Source of the DNA: Candidatus Sumerlaea chitinivorans
GTDB taxonomy: Bacteria > Sumerlaeota > Sumerlaeia > Sumerlaeales > Sumerlaeaceae
NCBI GenBank assembly: GCA_003290465.1
Contig: CP030759.1
Coordinates: forward strand, 2,180,572 to 2,244,571
Length of the DNA: 64,000 bases
Direction of reading: 5' to 3'
Below, piece by piece: positions 38,300 through 47,244 of the stretch (positions are counted from its first letter, which is position 1; every line of letters begins with the position of its first letter). The notes under the pieces were generated by a model, which did not search any database, was not told the DNA's origin, and worked only from the letters and a program-made list of their open reading frames with translations. The position numbers and the translations under genes are program-made.

Positions 38300-39526
38300 T
38301 TGCTACAGAAGTTCCGAGTTCCCGCGCTGATTGTTGCTTTTATTCTTGTGTTCGTTGCAGGCATCTTTTTTGCCCGCAATCTGCCTTCCGTTCCCGTATT
38401 AGCGAAATCCGCGGTGCCGAAGACCGAGCCGATTGCGAGTGAATCCCCAGCCGCGCCTCCGTCGCCCAAAGGCGTTGGAGCCACCCGCGATTTGTCGTCC
38501 ATTGTTCAGGCTTACGCAAAACGCGAAGAGTCAGCTAAAGCTGGGCCCGCAAGCGCAGCAGGAAGCGTTGAGAGCGCTCAAGGCTCCACAAGCGGCAGCA
38601 CCGTCGCGCGCCCCGCGCCCGTCCGCACCCCGCCCCCCGACCTTAAGCTCATTCGCCAATGGCCAACGGGGCGCAAGTGGGTTGCTCTGACCTTTGACGA
38701 TGGCCCCCATCCTCAGTACACGGAGCAATTTCTCGACTTACTCAAACGCAAGAACGTGCGAGCGACCTTTTTCCTGTTGGGGCCGAACGTGAAATCGCGC
38801 CCGGACCTCGTGCAAAAGATTGTCTCAGAGGGTCACGAAGTGGGGAACCACAGTTGGTCGCACCCGACGCTGAGTAAGCTCTCCCCAGAGAAAATTCGGG
38901 CTGAGATCGAGAACACCAACGAGCAAATCCGCGAGGCTGCGGGAGTGACTGTTCACCTGATGCGCCCGCCCTACGGCAGCGCAAACAAGAAGGTCCAAGA
39001 CGTCTGCGACCTGCTCGGGATGCGCATCATCTGCTGGAGCGTGGATACTGACGACTGGCGCAAGACTACCACGCAGGAGAAGATGTTCGACATCGTGAAG
39101 AAAAATACAAGCGACGGCGCCATCATCCTTATGCACGATCGCTTCGAGAAGTCGCTCAAGACCACGGAGCAAACCATCGACTATCTCCGCTCGCAGGGCT
39201 ACGAGTTTGTTACGGTAAGCGAACTTCTGGGGCTGGAGCCACCCAAAGCGCCCTCCGCAAGTGCGGTAGCGGCAGCGACAACCCCGCAGGCCGATTCCCC
39301 TCAGAGGGCAATGGCGGCTGCAACACCCGTCGAGGCCGCCCCAACGCAAACTCCGGTCACAAATGCTGGGTCCAATTCGGCGGCATCCGTTGCGACAGCT
39401 GTCAGTGCTCCAACGGAGGGGAACGCTGCTCCAACAGTCCCAGTGCCCATCGGCCAGCCCAACGATCCGCTCCCACCCGTCAGCCCGGAGAAAATCACGA
39501 CGATCCCGAGAGCCTCGGGTAGGTAA
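38300..39526 (+). CDS. Polysaccharide/peptidoglycan deacetylase (CE4, NodB domain) with N-terminal TM and Ala/Pro/Thr-rich C-terminal tail
   Basis: TTG start with GAGGGAG RBS. TFDDGP, HSWSHP and RPPYG are the NodB motifs 1-3. Confidence 0.85.
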   Translation: MLQKFRVPALIVAFILVFVAGIFFARNLPSVPVLAKSAVPKTEPIASESPAAPPSPKGVGATRDLSSIVQAYAKREESAKAGPASAAGSVESAQGSTSGSTVARPAPVRTPPPDLKLIRQWPTGRKWVALTFDDGPHPQYTEQFLDLLKRKNVRATFFLLGPNVKSRPDLVQKIVSEGHEVGNHSWSHPTLSKLSPEKIRAEIENTNEQIREAAGVTVHLMRPPYGSANKKVQDVCDLLGMRIICWSVDTDDWRKTTTQEKMFDIVKKNTSDGAIILMHDRFEKSLKTTEQTIDYLRSQGYEFVTVSELLGLEPPKAPSASAVAAATTPQADSPQRAMAAATPVEAAPTQTPVTNAGSNSAASVATAVSAPTEGNAAPTVPVPIGQPNDPLPPVSPEKITTIPRASGR

Positions 39527-39539
39527 CCGCTGAGACCCC

Positions 39540-40466
39540 ATGCCCGACGAGAAGCCACAAACGCACTCTGACTTGGGGAATTCTCAGGCAGGCACACCTG
39601 CAGCGAGCATTGTGATTCTGAGCTACAACAGCGCCTCCTACCTTGGCCCCTGCTTGCATTCCGTGGCACGACTGGCGCCGCCTCCCGCTGAAGTCATTGT
39701 CGTGGATAATGCCTCACGCGACGATTCGGTGAAGGTTGCGCAGAACGTGGCCGCAGAGCTCGGCCTCGAGATTTGCACGATTCCCCTCGCCGGCAACTTG
39801 GGATGTGCAGGCGGCAACAACGTCGGCTGGCGGGCCACCCGCGGCGACATCGTAATTTTTCTGAATCCCGACACTGAGGTCTCGCCGTCCTTTGTCGGCG
39901 AAGTTGCAGCTGCGTTCGCTACGGACGAGCGCATCGGCATCGTGGGAGCCAAAATCTATTACCCGAATTCAAACCGCCTCCAGCATGCGGGAGCCATCAT
40001 TCATCCCAACGGCCAAACCGACCACTTCGGTGCCGGCGAGACGGACAACGGCCAATTCGATGAGCCGCGCGAGTGCGATTACGTCACGGGCGCGGGATTT
40101 GCCGTTCGTCGCCAAGTTCTCACTGAGCTGGGCGGCTTTGACGAAGACTTCTACCCTGCCTATTTCGAGGAAGTGGATTTTTGCACACGTGCGCGCAAGC
40201 GCGGTTGGCGCGTGCTGTACTGGCCACGCGCCACCATGGTCCACCACGAGAGCGTCTCGCTCGGCGTGGCCTCGGAGCGCTTCCTGCGACTCTACCACCG
40301 CATGCGAATGCGCTACTGCGCGAAACACTTCACGTGGAAGCAGTGGGTGCGCGAGTTTCTTCCCCGCGAGCGCGTTGCATGGCGGCTCGGTTCAGCCATC
40401 GACCGGCGCGCCATGCGCGCCGCCTACTTGGATCTGGTGCGCTGGCGCCTGACGCGCCGACGATGA
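39540..40466 (+). CDS. GT2 family glycosyltransferase (rhamnosyltransferase-like)
   Basis: IVILSYNSASYL, VVDNASRDDS, and a DxD-like motif in FLNPDTEV. Confidence 0.8.
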   Translation: MPDEKPQTHSDLGNSQAGTPAASIVILSYNSASYLGPCLHSVARLAPPPAEVIVVDNASRDDSVKVAQNVAAELGLEICTIPLAGNLGCAGGNNVGWRATRGDIVIFLNPDTEVSPSFVGEVAAAFATDERIGIVGAKIYYPNSNRLQHAGAIIHPNGQTDHFGAGETDNGQFDEPRECDYVTGAGFAVRRQVLTELGGFDEDFYPAYFEEVDFCTRARKRGWRVLYWPRATMVHHESVSLGVASERFLRLYHRMRMRYCAKHFTWKQWVREFLPRERVAWRLGSAIDRRAMRAAYLDLVRWRLTRRR

Positions 40467-40599
40467 CCCCTTCCGCGATTCAAAAGCGTTTTCCGTTTGC
40501 ATCTCCCACTCGCCGGGGACATGCATATCGCTGTTTTGCAGTGCTCGCGCACGAAAAACGTGGGTAAGGACTTCTGTGAGGAAAGGATGAGCGCCATCA

Positions 40600-42087
40600 A
40601 TGAAACTGAGTCAATTACTTGCTGTCGTCCCTGAAGCGAAGGTTGTGCAAGGGCACACCGATCACGAAATCACTGGCGTGATTTACGATCCCCTTCGGGT
40701 CAAACCCGGCTATCTTTACGTTGCGATCAACATCTACACGCAGCTCGACAAGATCGAGATACCCGATGGCCACGACGTCGTGGACAAAGCAATCGAAGCT
40801 GGAGCGGTGGCCGTGCTCCTCGAGCGCGACGTGCCCGTGCCCGCGCACATCACCAAGATTTTGGCCCCCAGTAGCCGAGCTGCCCTTGCGCGCTTGGCAG
40901 GCGAATTCTATGGTCACCCGTCGCGCAAGCTGAAACTAATCGGTGTGACAGGGACAAACGGCAAGACGACCACGACGCACGTCGTCGAGAGCATTCTCTC
41001 GGAAAAGTACCGCGTCGGCCTCATGGGTACGCTCTATTTTAAGGTTGCAGGCGAAATCCGCAAATCGAAGGACACCACCCCCGAGCCGCCCGACCTGCAG
41101 GAGATCTTCCTCCAAATGGTGGAGGGCAACTGCACCCACTGCGTCATGGAAGTTTCCTCCCACGGCGTGGACCTTCACCGGGTGGATGGGCTCGAGTTTG
41201 AGGTGGGCGCTTGGACCAATCTCACGCAGGACCACCTCGACTACCACAAGACCATGGAAGCGTACCGGGAGTGCAAGATGCGCTTCATTAGTTGGCCTAC
41301 TCCCGAGAAGCATGTCGTGCTCAACATTGACGATCCGAATTTCAACTACTTCAAGGAAGCTGCCCGTGCGAAGGTCGTCACCTTCGGGATCGAGAACCCA
41401 GCTGACATCATGGCGCGGGACATCGAGTACTCGGTCAACGGTACCAAGTTTACCCTCGTCACCCCCAAGGGGTCGGTGCAAATCAATAGCCGTCTTCGCG
41501 GTCAGTTCAACGTCTACAACTCGCTGACCGGCGCCGGCGTCTGTTACGCCCTCGGCGAAGATCTCGAGACGATCAAGCGTGGACTGGAAAAACCTATCAT
41601 CGTGGCCGGCCGCTTCCAACCGGTCGAACGCGGCCAAGACTTTGTGGTGGTGGTGGACTACGCTCACACCCCCGACGGGCTCGTGAAAGTGCTGAACGCT
41701 GCCCGCGCCACGAAGCCCAAGCGCATCATCACCGTGTTTGGGTGTGGCGGCGACCGCGACGCAACCAAGCGCCCCATCATGGGCCAAATTGCTGAAGAAA
41801 TGAGCGATCTGGTCATCGTCACTGACGACAACCCGCGCACCGAGGATCCGGAAGTCATCGTGCAAAACATCCTCGCTGGGATCCGTGATCGCTCGAAAGT
41901 GGAGGTCATCCACGACCGTTACCAAGCCATCGCGCGAGCGATCGAAATCGCACAGACTGGCGATCTGGTGCTCATTGCGGGCAAGGGTCACGAAACCACC
42001 CAAACGCTCAAGGATCGCACCATCGAATTCAACGACTTCAAAGTTGCGGACGAACTCGTGGCAAAGCGGCTGGGGCAAAAGGCCTAA
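40600..42087 (+). CDS. murE: UDP-N-acetylmuramoyl-L-alanyl-D-glutamate--2,6-diaminopimelate ligase
   Basis: GVTGTNGKTTTT P-loop. The DNPR motif in VTDDNPRTEDP is diagnostic of meso-DAP-adding MurE. Confidence 0.92.
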   Translation: MKLSQLLAVVPEAKVVQGHTDHEITGVIYDPLRVKPGYLYVAINIYTQLDKIEIPDGHDVVDKAIEAGAVAVLLERDVPVPAHITKILAPSSRAALARLAGEFYGHPSRKLKLIGVTGTNGKTTTTHVVESILSEKYRVGLMGTLYFKVAGEIRKSKDTTPEPPDLQEIFLQMVEGNCTHCVMEVSSHGVDLHRVDGLEFEVGAWTNLTQDHLDYHKTMEAYRECKMRFISWPTPEKHVVLNIDDPNFNYFKEAARAKVVTFGIENPADIMARDIEYSVNGTKFTLVTPKGSVQINSRLRGQFNVYNSLTGAGVCYALGEDLETIKRGLEKPIIVAGRFQPVERGQDFVVVVDYAHTPDGLVKVLNAARATKPKRIITVFGCGGDRDATKRPIMGQIAEEMSDLVIVTDDNPRTEDPEVIVQNILAGIRDRSKVEVIHDRYQAIARAIEIAQTGDLVLIAGKGHETTQTLKDRTIEFNDFKVADELVAKRLGQKA

Positions 42088-42108
42088 CCCACGAACGCTT
42101 GTCGCACG

Positions 42109-42138
42109 CAGCAGCGCTCGGCAACAGGAGCGCTGCTG
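42109..42138 (+). terminator. Strong hairpin (11-bp perfect stem, 8-nt loop) after murE; candidate terminator or attenuator
   Basis: CAGCAGCGCTC-ggcaacag-GAGCGCTGCTG followed by TTGTG. The U-tract is weak. Confidence 0.35.
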
Positions 42139-42198
42139 TTGTGCGAGGTGTTCCGTCTACGCCTACCCGCACGCAGGGGAAAGAAAGGATAGGGAGTA

Positions 42199-43266
42199 AT
42201 GTGTGCTAAAATTGTGGCGGTTGAAGCCGAAGCGTTCGATCTTCCGCTGAAAGAACCCTTTATCATCGCGACGGGGCGCAAAGATGCCGCCAACAACGTG
42301 CTTGTCCGCGTGAAACTCGACGACGGCACCGTTGGCTTCGGTGAGGTAGCGCCCTCGCCCTACACGACGGGCGACACCCAAGCGACCTGCATAGCCTCGA
42401 TCGAGCACCTGCGCCACGTGCTTGTCGGCAAACCGATTGGGGAATGGCGATCGCTCCTTGCCCAAACGCGCCGGGCGCTGCGCCATCAATTTGGGGCCCA
42501 CAGCGGCGTCGAAATTGCCGTGCTGGATGCCTTCACCAAATCCGCCGGCATCCCCCTCTACCAATTCTTTGGCGGGGTGACGACCACCGTCGAATCCGAC
42601 GTCACGCTCTCCCTTGGAACGCCCGAAGAGACAGCCCAAGCGGCAGCGAAGGCCGTTCGCGACGGCTTCCAGAAAATCAAAATCAAGGTCGGCATGGGCG
42701 TGGCCACCGATGTCGCGCGAGTGGCCGCCGTGCGCGAAGTTGCTCCCGACTGCGAACTTTCGCTCGACGCAAACCAAGCTTTCTCCCCGAAACAGGCGGT
42801 TGAATTAGCAAAGCGCGTCGCTGCGTTGGGCATCGAGCTTAGCTTGCTCGAACAGCCCGTGCGGCGCGACGATCTGGCAGGCATGCGCTACGTCCGCGAG
42901 CATGCCGGAGTCCCTGTCGGAGCAGATGAGTCCGTCTTCACGCCCGAAGATGCAATCCGCGTGGTGCGCGAGGGTGCGGCCGACGTCATCAATATCAAGG
43001 TCGCGAAAGCGGGTCTGCTTGGCGCTCTCGATATTTTCTCCATCGCGCGCGCTGCGAACCTTGAACTCATGATCGGCTGCATGATGGAGTCCAAGGTTGG
43101 CCTGTCGGCATCCGTCCACCTTGCGTGCGGCCTCGGTTGCTTCACACATTGCGATCTCGACTCCGTTTTCCTGCTCAAACCCTTTGAGTGCTCCGGCGGC
43201 TATGAGCTCCAAGGAGCGCGCTTCTCCGTGGCTTCGATTGGCGCCGGTACGGGAGTGAGCCTATGA
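42199..43266 (+). CDS. Enolase-superfamily dipeptide epimerase (L-Ala-D/L-Glu epimerase-like, MLE subgroup)
   Basis: KIKIKVG (KxK) motif, D/E/D metal-ligand pattern, second catalytic K in NIKVAK. RBS GGGAAAGAAAGGA. Confidence 0.75.
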   Translation: MCAKIVAVEAEAFDLPLKEPFIIATGRKDAANNVLVRVKLDDGTVGFGEVAPSPYTTGDTQATCIASIEHLRHVLVGKPIGEWRSLLAQTRRALRHQFGAHSGVEIAVLDAFTKSAGIPLYQFFGGVTTTVESDVTLSLGTPEETAQAAAKAVRDGFQKIKIKVGMGVATDVARVAAVREVAPDCELSLDANQAFSPKQAVELAKRVAALGIELSLLEQPVRRDDLAGMRYVREHAGVPVGADESVFTPEDAIRVVREGAADVINIKVAKAGLLGALDIFSIARAANLELMIGCMMESKVGLSASVHLACGLGCFTHCDLDSVFLLKPFECSGGYELQGARFSVASIGAGTGVSL

Positions 43267-44333
43267 GTCCGCTGCATCTGACCACCGCGCGCTACGTGCT
43301 CAAGCTGGTGGATCCATTTGGCATTTCCCGTATCACCCGCACGGAGGAAGAGCGCATCTACCTTGCGCTCGACGGTGGAATTGGTGAGGCGGCTCCGGTC
43401 AGCTACTACGGCGAGGACGAAGAGACGGTCACGCGCACCCTCGCCACCGTCGAGCAAATGGAGTTTGACGACCTCGATCTTGTCGAGCACGTGATGACAG
43501 AAATCAACGCCCGAGTCCCTGAGAATCGCGCAGCAAAAGCTGCGCTCGACATGGCGCTCTACGATCGCCTTGGGAAGCGCTTGGGCATACCCCTCTGGAA
43601 GCTTTTCGGCCACAAACCCACGCGACCACTGCTCACAAGTTTCACGATCGGCATCGATACCCTCGAGGTGATGCTCGAGAAGGTCGAGCGAGCCCAAAAC
43701 TACAAGATCCTGAAAATCAAACTCGGGCGCGATGTGGAGCACGATCTCACAGTCATGCGGGAAATCCGAAAATTGGTGGGGCCTGAGAAGTGCCTCCGTG
43801 TGGATGCCAACGCAGGTTGGGATCTCGATACGGCAAAACGCGCTTTCCCAGTGCTGGCCGACCTTGGCGTCGAGTTCGTCGAGCAGCCGCTCCCCATGGG
43901 GGCTTTCGAGCAGCTTCCCAAACTGAAAAGCCATTGCCCACTTCCTATTCTCTTGGATGAAGACGTGCACACTGCGCGCGACATCCCGCGCTTGGCTCCC
44001 TTCACGGATGGCATCAATATCAAGCTGATGAAAAGCGGGGGGCTCGCAGAAGCCCGTCGCATGATTGCCGTCGCCCGCGCCCACGGCCTGCGCGTCATGC
44101 TCGGCTGCATGATCGAGAGTTCTCTCGGCATCACTGCCGCCGCACATTTGGGTCCCGCCGTGGATTATCTCGACCTCGATGGCCATCTACTCATTGCTAA
44201 CGACCCCTTTGCCGGCGTGGCCTGCGATCCGGACGGAACCATGCACCTGCCGACAGGACCAGGCCTGGGGGTCACCGTGCTGCCGGAATACCGCGAGGCC
44301 CTGCTACCCGTCAGCAAGGCCGCCGTGGGATAA
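43263..44333 (+). CDS. Enolase-superfamily dipeptide epimerase, second paralog
   Basis: KILKIKLG KxK motif, NIKLMK and LGCMIESSLG. It has a 4-bp overlap with the upstream paralog. Confidence 0.72.
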   Translation: MSPLHLTTARYVLKLVDPFGISRITRTEEERIYLALDGGIGEAAPVSYYGEDEETVTRTLATVEQMEFDDLDLVEHVMTEINARVPENRAAKAALDMALYDRLGKRLGIPLWKLFGHKPTRPLLTSFTIGIDTLEVMLEKVERAQNYKILKIKLGRDVEHDLTVMREIRKLVGPEKCLRVDANAGWDLDTAKRAFPVLADLGVEFVEQPLPMGAFEQLPKLKSHCPLPILLDEDVHTARDIPRLAPFTDGINIKLMKSGGLAEARRMIAVARAHGLRVMLGCMIESSLGITAAAHLGPAVDYLDLDGHLLIANDPFAGVACDPDGTMHLPTGPGLGVTVLPEYREALLPVSKAAVG

Positions 44334-44597
44334 CAACACCGACTCCGTCCATCTGCTTGCCTTTTATCAGCAGGCGCCGTTCACATGAACTGATGGCAGA
44401 CAACTGCTTCCTCCACGTGTGCGCCAACCTTGCTTGTCGATACCGCGGTGCGCCACTTCGACACGCCTGTTGATGGAAGGGAGGAAGCGCACGTACGCAC
44501 GCTGAAGGTGCGTCCTGCGGACCGACGTGATCCTACCGCGTTTATGCGCACCTGCGGACACCCCGATGTCGCAGTGGACAGGAGGGCGAAGCCGCTC

Positions 44598-45797
44598 TCA
44601 AGGTATCGAAGCATAGGCGCGCAAGAGCGCTTCGCGCGAGAACCGCCAATCCAACTCTGTCTCCATCCGACGACGACCGAACTCACCCATGCGACGGCGG
44701 CGCTCAGGATCCGCAAGCAGCTCCAAAATTTTTTCAGCGAAATCCCGCGGGTCATTCGCCTTCGCGTAAAGCGAAGCCTCCTGCGCCGAAAAGCGCCCTT
44801 CGGTCATGTCGAACTGCACGATGGGCTTCCCCACTGCCATGTACTCCATGATCTTGTTCATCGTGGATTTATCGTTCATCTCGTTCACGCGGTCGGGATT
44901 CACGCACACGTCCGCGGTCGAGAGATAGCGCAGGAGGTCTTCGTCCGGGATTCGCCCCGTGAAGCGCACGTGCGGCGCCACGCCGATGCGCTTCGCATAC
45001 TCTTCCATGTGGGGTCGCTCGGGTCCACTGCCGATCAACACAAATAGAATGTCCTCGCGCCCGTGCTCGTGCGTGATCACGCGCACCGCATCCAGCAAGA
45101 GGTCGATCCCCTCCTGTTTGCCCATCACCCCAACATAGGCCACCAGATAGCGTCGCCCCTCGCGCAGCGCAGGATCCGGCTCGACTGGGCGAAAACGAGT
45201 CGTGTCGGGCGCACTACGGACGATGTGGACTTGCTCGGGACGCTTGCGGCCGCGGGTGAGCGCGATCCTCCGATAACTTTCGTTCGTGGCAATGACCAAA
45301 TGCGCGGTCGCATACGTCAGCCGCTCCAGCGCAAGCAGGACGTAGTAGAGTGGGCCTTTTTTGCCGTACTTCGCAATGTAGAGTTCGGGGTTGATATCGT
45401 GTTGATCAAAAACAAACCGAACCCCGAACGGCCGAAACGTCAGAGCCACCAGAAAGATGTTATCCGGCGGATTGCAGGCGTGCAGGATATCAAAGCCACG
45501 CGTCAGGAAAATCTTCCACGCGAGGAAGAGTTCCCAGAAAAACGCAACTCCATACTCGATCAGAAAGCCTAGCGCTCCCGAGTCCCCCTCAACAGGCAAC
45601 GGGTGGCGGTAGATGTGAATGCCCTCGAGCGTTTCGCGAGACTGCATGTAATTCTTGCCCTTTGGGCAGATCACACTCACCTCGTAGCCGGCGTCGCGCA
45701 GCGCAGTCGCTTCCAGCCACACCCGCCGATCAAAGGGGACCGGTAGATTCTCGACAATGATCAACACGCGGCGCTTGCGAGCTTGGCTCACCAGCAA
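44598..45797 (-). CDS. GT4 family glycosyltransferase
   Basis: The C-terminal half carries the GT4 EX7E-type region (EYMAVGKPIV...). The N-terminal VLIIVENLP is typical. Confidence 0.78.
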   Translation of the reverse strand: MLVSQARKRRVLIIVENLPVPFDRRVWLEATALRDAGYEVSVICPKGKNYMQSRETLEGIHIYRHPLPVEGDSGALGFLIEYGVAFFWELFLAWKIFLTRGFDILHACNPPDNIFLVALTFRPFGVRFVFDQHDINPELYIAKYGKKGPLYYVLLALERLTYATAHLVIATNESYRRIALTRGRKRPEQVHIVRSAPDTTRFRPVEPDPALREGRRYLVAYVGVMGKQEGIDLLLDAVRVITHEHGREDILFVLIGSGPERPHMEEYAKRIGVAPHVRFTGRIPDEDLLRYLSTADVCVNPDRVNEMNDKSTMNKIMEYMAVGKPIVQFDMTEGRFSAQEASLYAKANDPRDFAEKILELLADPERRRRMGEFGRRRMETELDWRFSREALLRAYASIP

Positions 45798-47098
45798 ATT
45801 CCCTCGTAGTTTTTCTCGCTCGTCACGTTGCGATCCACACGCACCAAATCCACCACGACTTGGTCAGGATTCACTTTCTTGAGCACGCCCGCAAATTCCG
45901 GATCATTGTTGCCAATCACAATGCATTCGCTGGCCTTGAGCACTTCTTCGAGCGAGGAAACAAACAGTTGGGAGATATGCGGGATGGCATGCTCGATGTA
46001 CGCCTTGTTCGCCCCCATCAGGCGCGCTAAGTTCACGTTGCGATCGTAGATTTTCACATGGTAGCCTTTGCCAATCAGGCGCTCGACCAGCTCCACCAAC
46101 GGGCTTTCGCGCAAGTCATCCGTGCCGGCTTTGAAACTCAAGCCCAGCAGGCCAATCCGCTTCTTTCCCGTGTTCTGGATGAGCTTCAGGCCAAATTCGA
46201 TATGCTTGCGATTGCTCTCGGCCACGTGGCTCAGCACGGGCACCTCAAGGTCCAGACAGCGCGCACAGTAGGTCAGTGCGCTGAGGTCTTTCGGCAAGCA
46301 GGAGCCCCCGTACGCAAAGCCGGGCCTGAAATACGCAGGCGAGATGTTGAGCTTGGTGTCGCGCACGAAAAGATCCATTACCATGTGGCTATCAATGCCC
46401 AGGGCCTTACAAATCTCCCCGACCTCATTCGCAAACACGACCTTGAGCGCATGGTAGGAGTTGTTCACGTATTTGAGCATTTCCGCCACCCGCACCGGCA
46501 CGACAATAAACTCTGCGCCCACGGGTGCGTAAAGCTCACGCAGCATCTGCGCCGCACGCTCATCCTCCGTGCCCACCAACGTATAAGGCGGATTCTGGAA
46601 ATCACGAATTGCGCTGCCCTCGCGCAGGAACTCAGGATTTGAGGCTATCCCGAATCCTTCATCGCAGCGCTTTCCCGATGCTTCCTCAATGAGCGTCGCG
46701 CAATGCTCGATCGTTCCCGGCAGCACCGTCGAGCGAATGACGACCAGATGGTAATCCTTGCGCTCGCGCAAGGCCTCCCCGATTTCACGGCACACGCCAA
46801 AAATGTAGTCGAGATTCAGCGAGCCATTGTCACGCGAGGGAGTGCCCACGCACACCAGCGAGAGGTCGGCCCATGCCACGGCTTCGGCGCTGTTGGTCGT
46901 CGCCCGAAACGCACCCCGCGCATGAGCTTCCGCAAGGAATTCGTCCAACTGTGGCTCCACGATGGGCGATTTTCCCTCATTGATCATCTGGACCTTTAGC
47001 GGATTGACGTCCACCCCCAGAATCTCATGACCATACTTTGCAAAGCAGGCACCACACACGGTGCCCACATAGCCTAAACCAAAGATCGCAACTTTCAC
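45788..47098 (-). CDS. Nucleotide-sugar 6-dehydrogenase (UDP-glucose/GDP-mannose dehydrogenase family; N-terminus AlgD-like)
   Basis: MKVAIFGLGYVGTVCGACFAKYGHEILGVDVNPLKVQMINEGKSPIVEP is near-collinear with the P. aeruginosa AlgD N-terminus. The catalytic Cys region GGSCLPKD is present. Confidence 0.85.
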   Translation of the reverse strand: MKVAIFGLGYVGTVCGACFAKYGHEILGVDVNPLKVQMINEGKSPIVEPQLDEFLAEAHARGAFRATTNSAEAVAWADLSLVCVGTPSRDNGSLNLDYIFGVCREIGEALRERKDYHLVVIRSTVLPGTIEHCATLIEEASGKRCDEGFGIASNPEFLREGSAIRDFQNPPYTLVGTEDERAAQMLRELYAPVGAEFIVVPVRVAEMLKYVNNSYHALKVVFANEVGEICKALGIDSHMVMDLFVRDTKLNISPAYFRPGFAYGGSCLPKDLSALTYCARCLDLEVPVLSHVAESNRKHIEFGLKLIQNTGKKRIGLLGLSFKAGTDDLRESPLVELVERLIGKGYHVKIYDRNVNLARLMGANKAYIEHAIPHISQLFVSSLEEVLKASECIVIGNNDPEFAGVLKKVNPDQVVVDLVRVDRNVTSEKNYEGICW

Positions 47099-47133
47099 CC
47101 GTTTTGCTCCTCAAAAGGCCTGTCGAAGTTTTG

Positions 47134-47149
47134 CGTGATTAGTTTCACG
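47134..47149. promoter_or_regulatory. CRP-family-like site cGTGA-N6-TCACg
   Basis: Read directly from the sequence. It is 36 bp upstream of the dehydrogenase start codon (minus strand) and ~95 bp upstream of the TMTC-like gene (plus strand). Confidence 0.3.
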
Positions 47150-47244
47150 CGTGAGACCGATGCACAATAGAAAAAACGGCACACTGGGCACACACGCGCA
47201 TTTCCCTTGCGACCGCTCTCCGGGGCTTTACACGTTGGCTTGCA

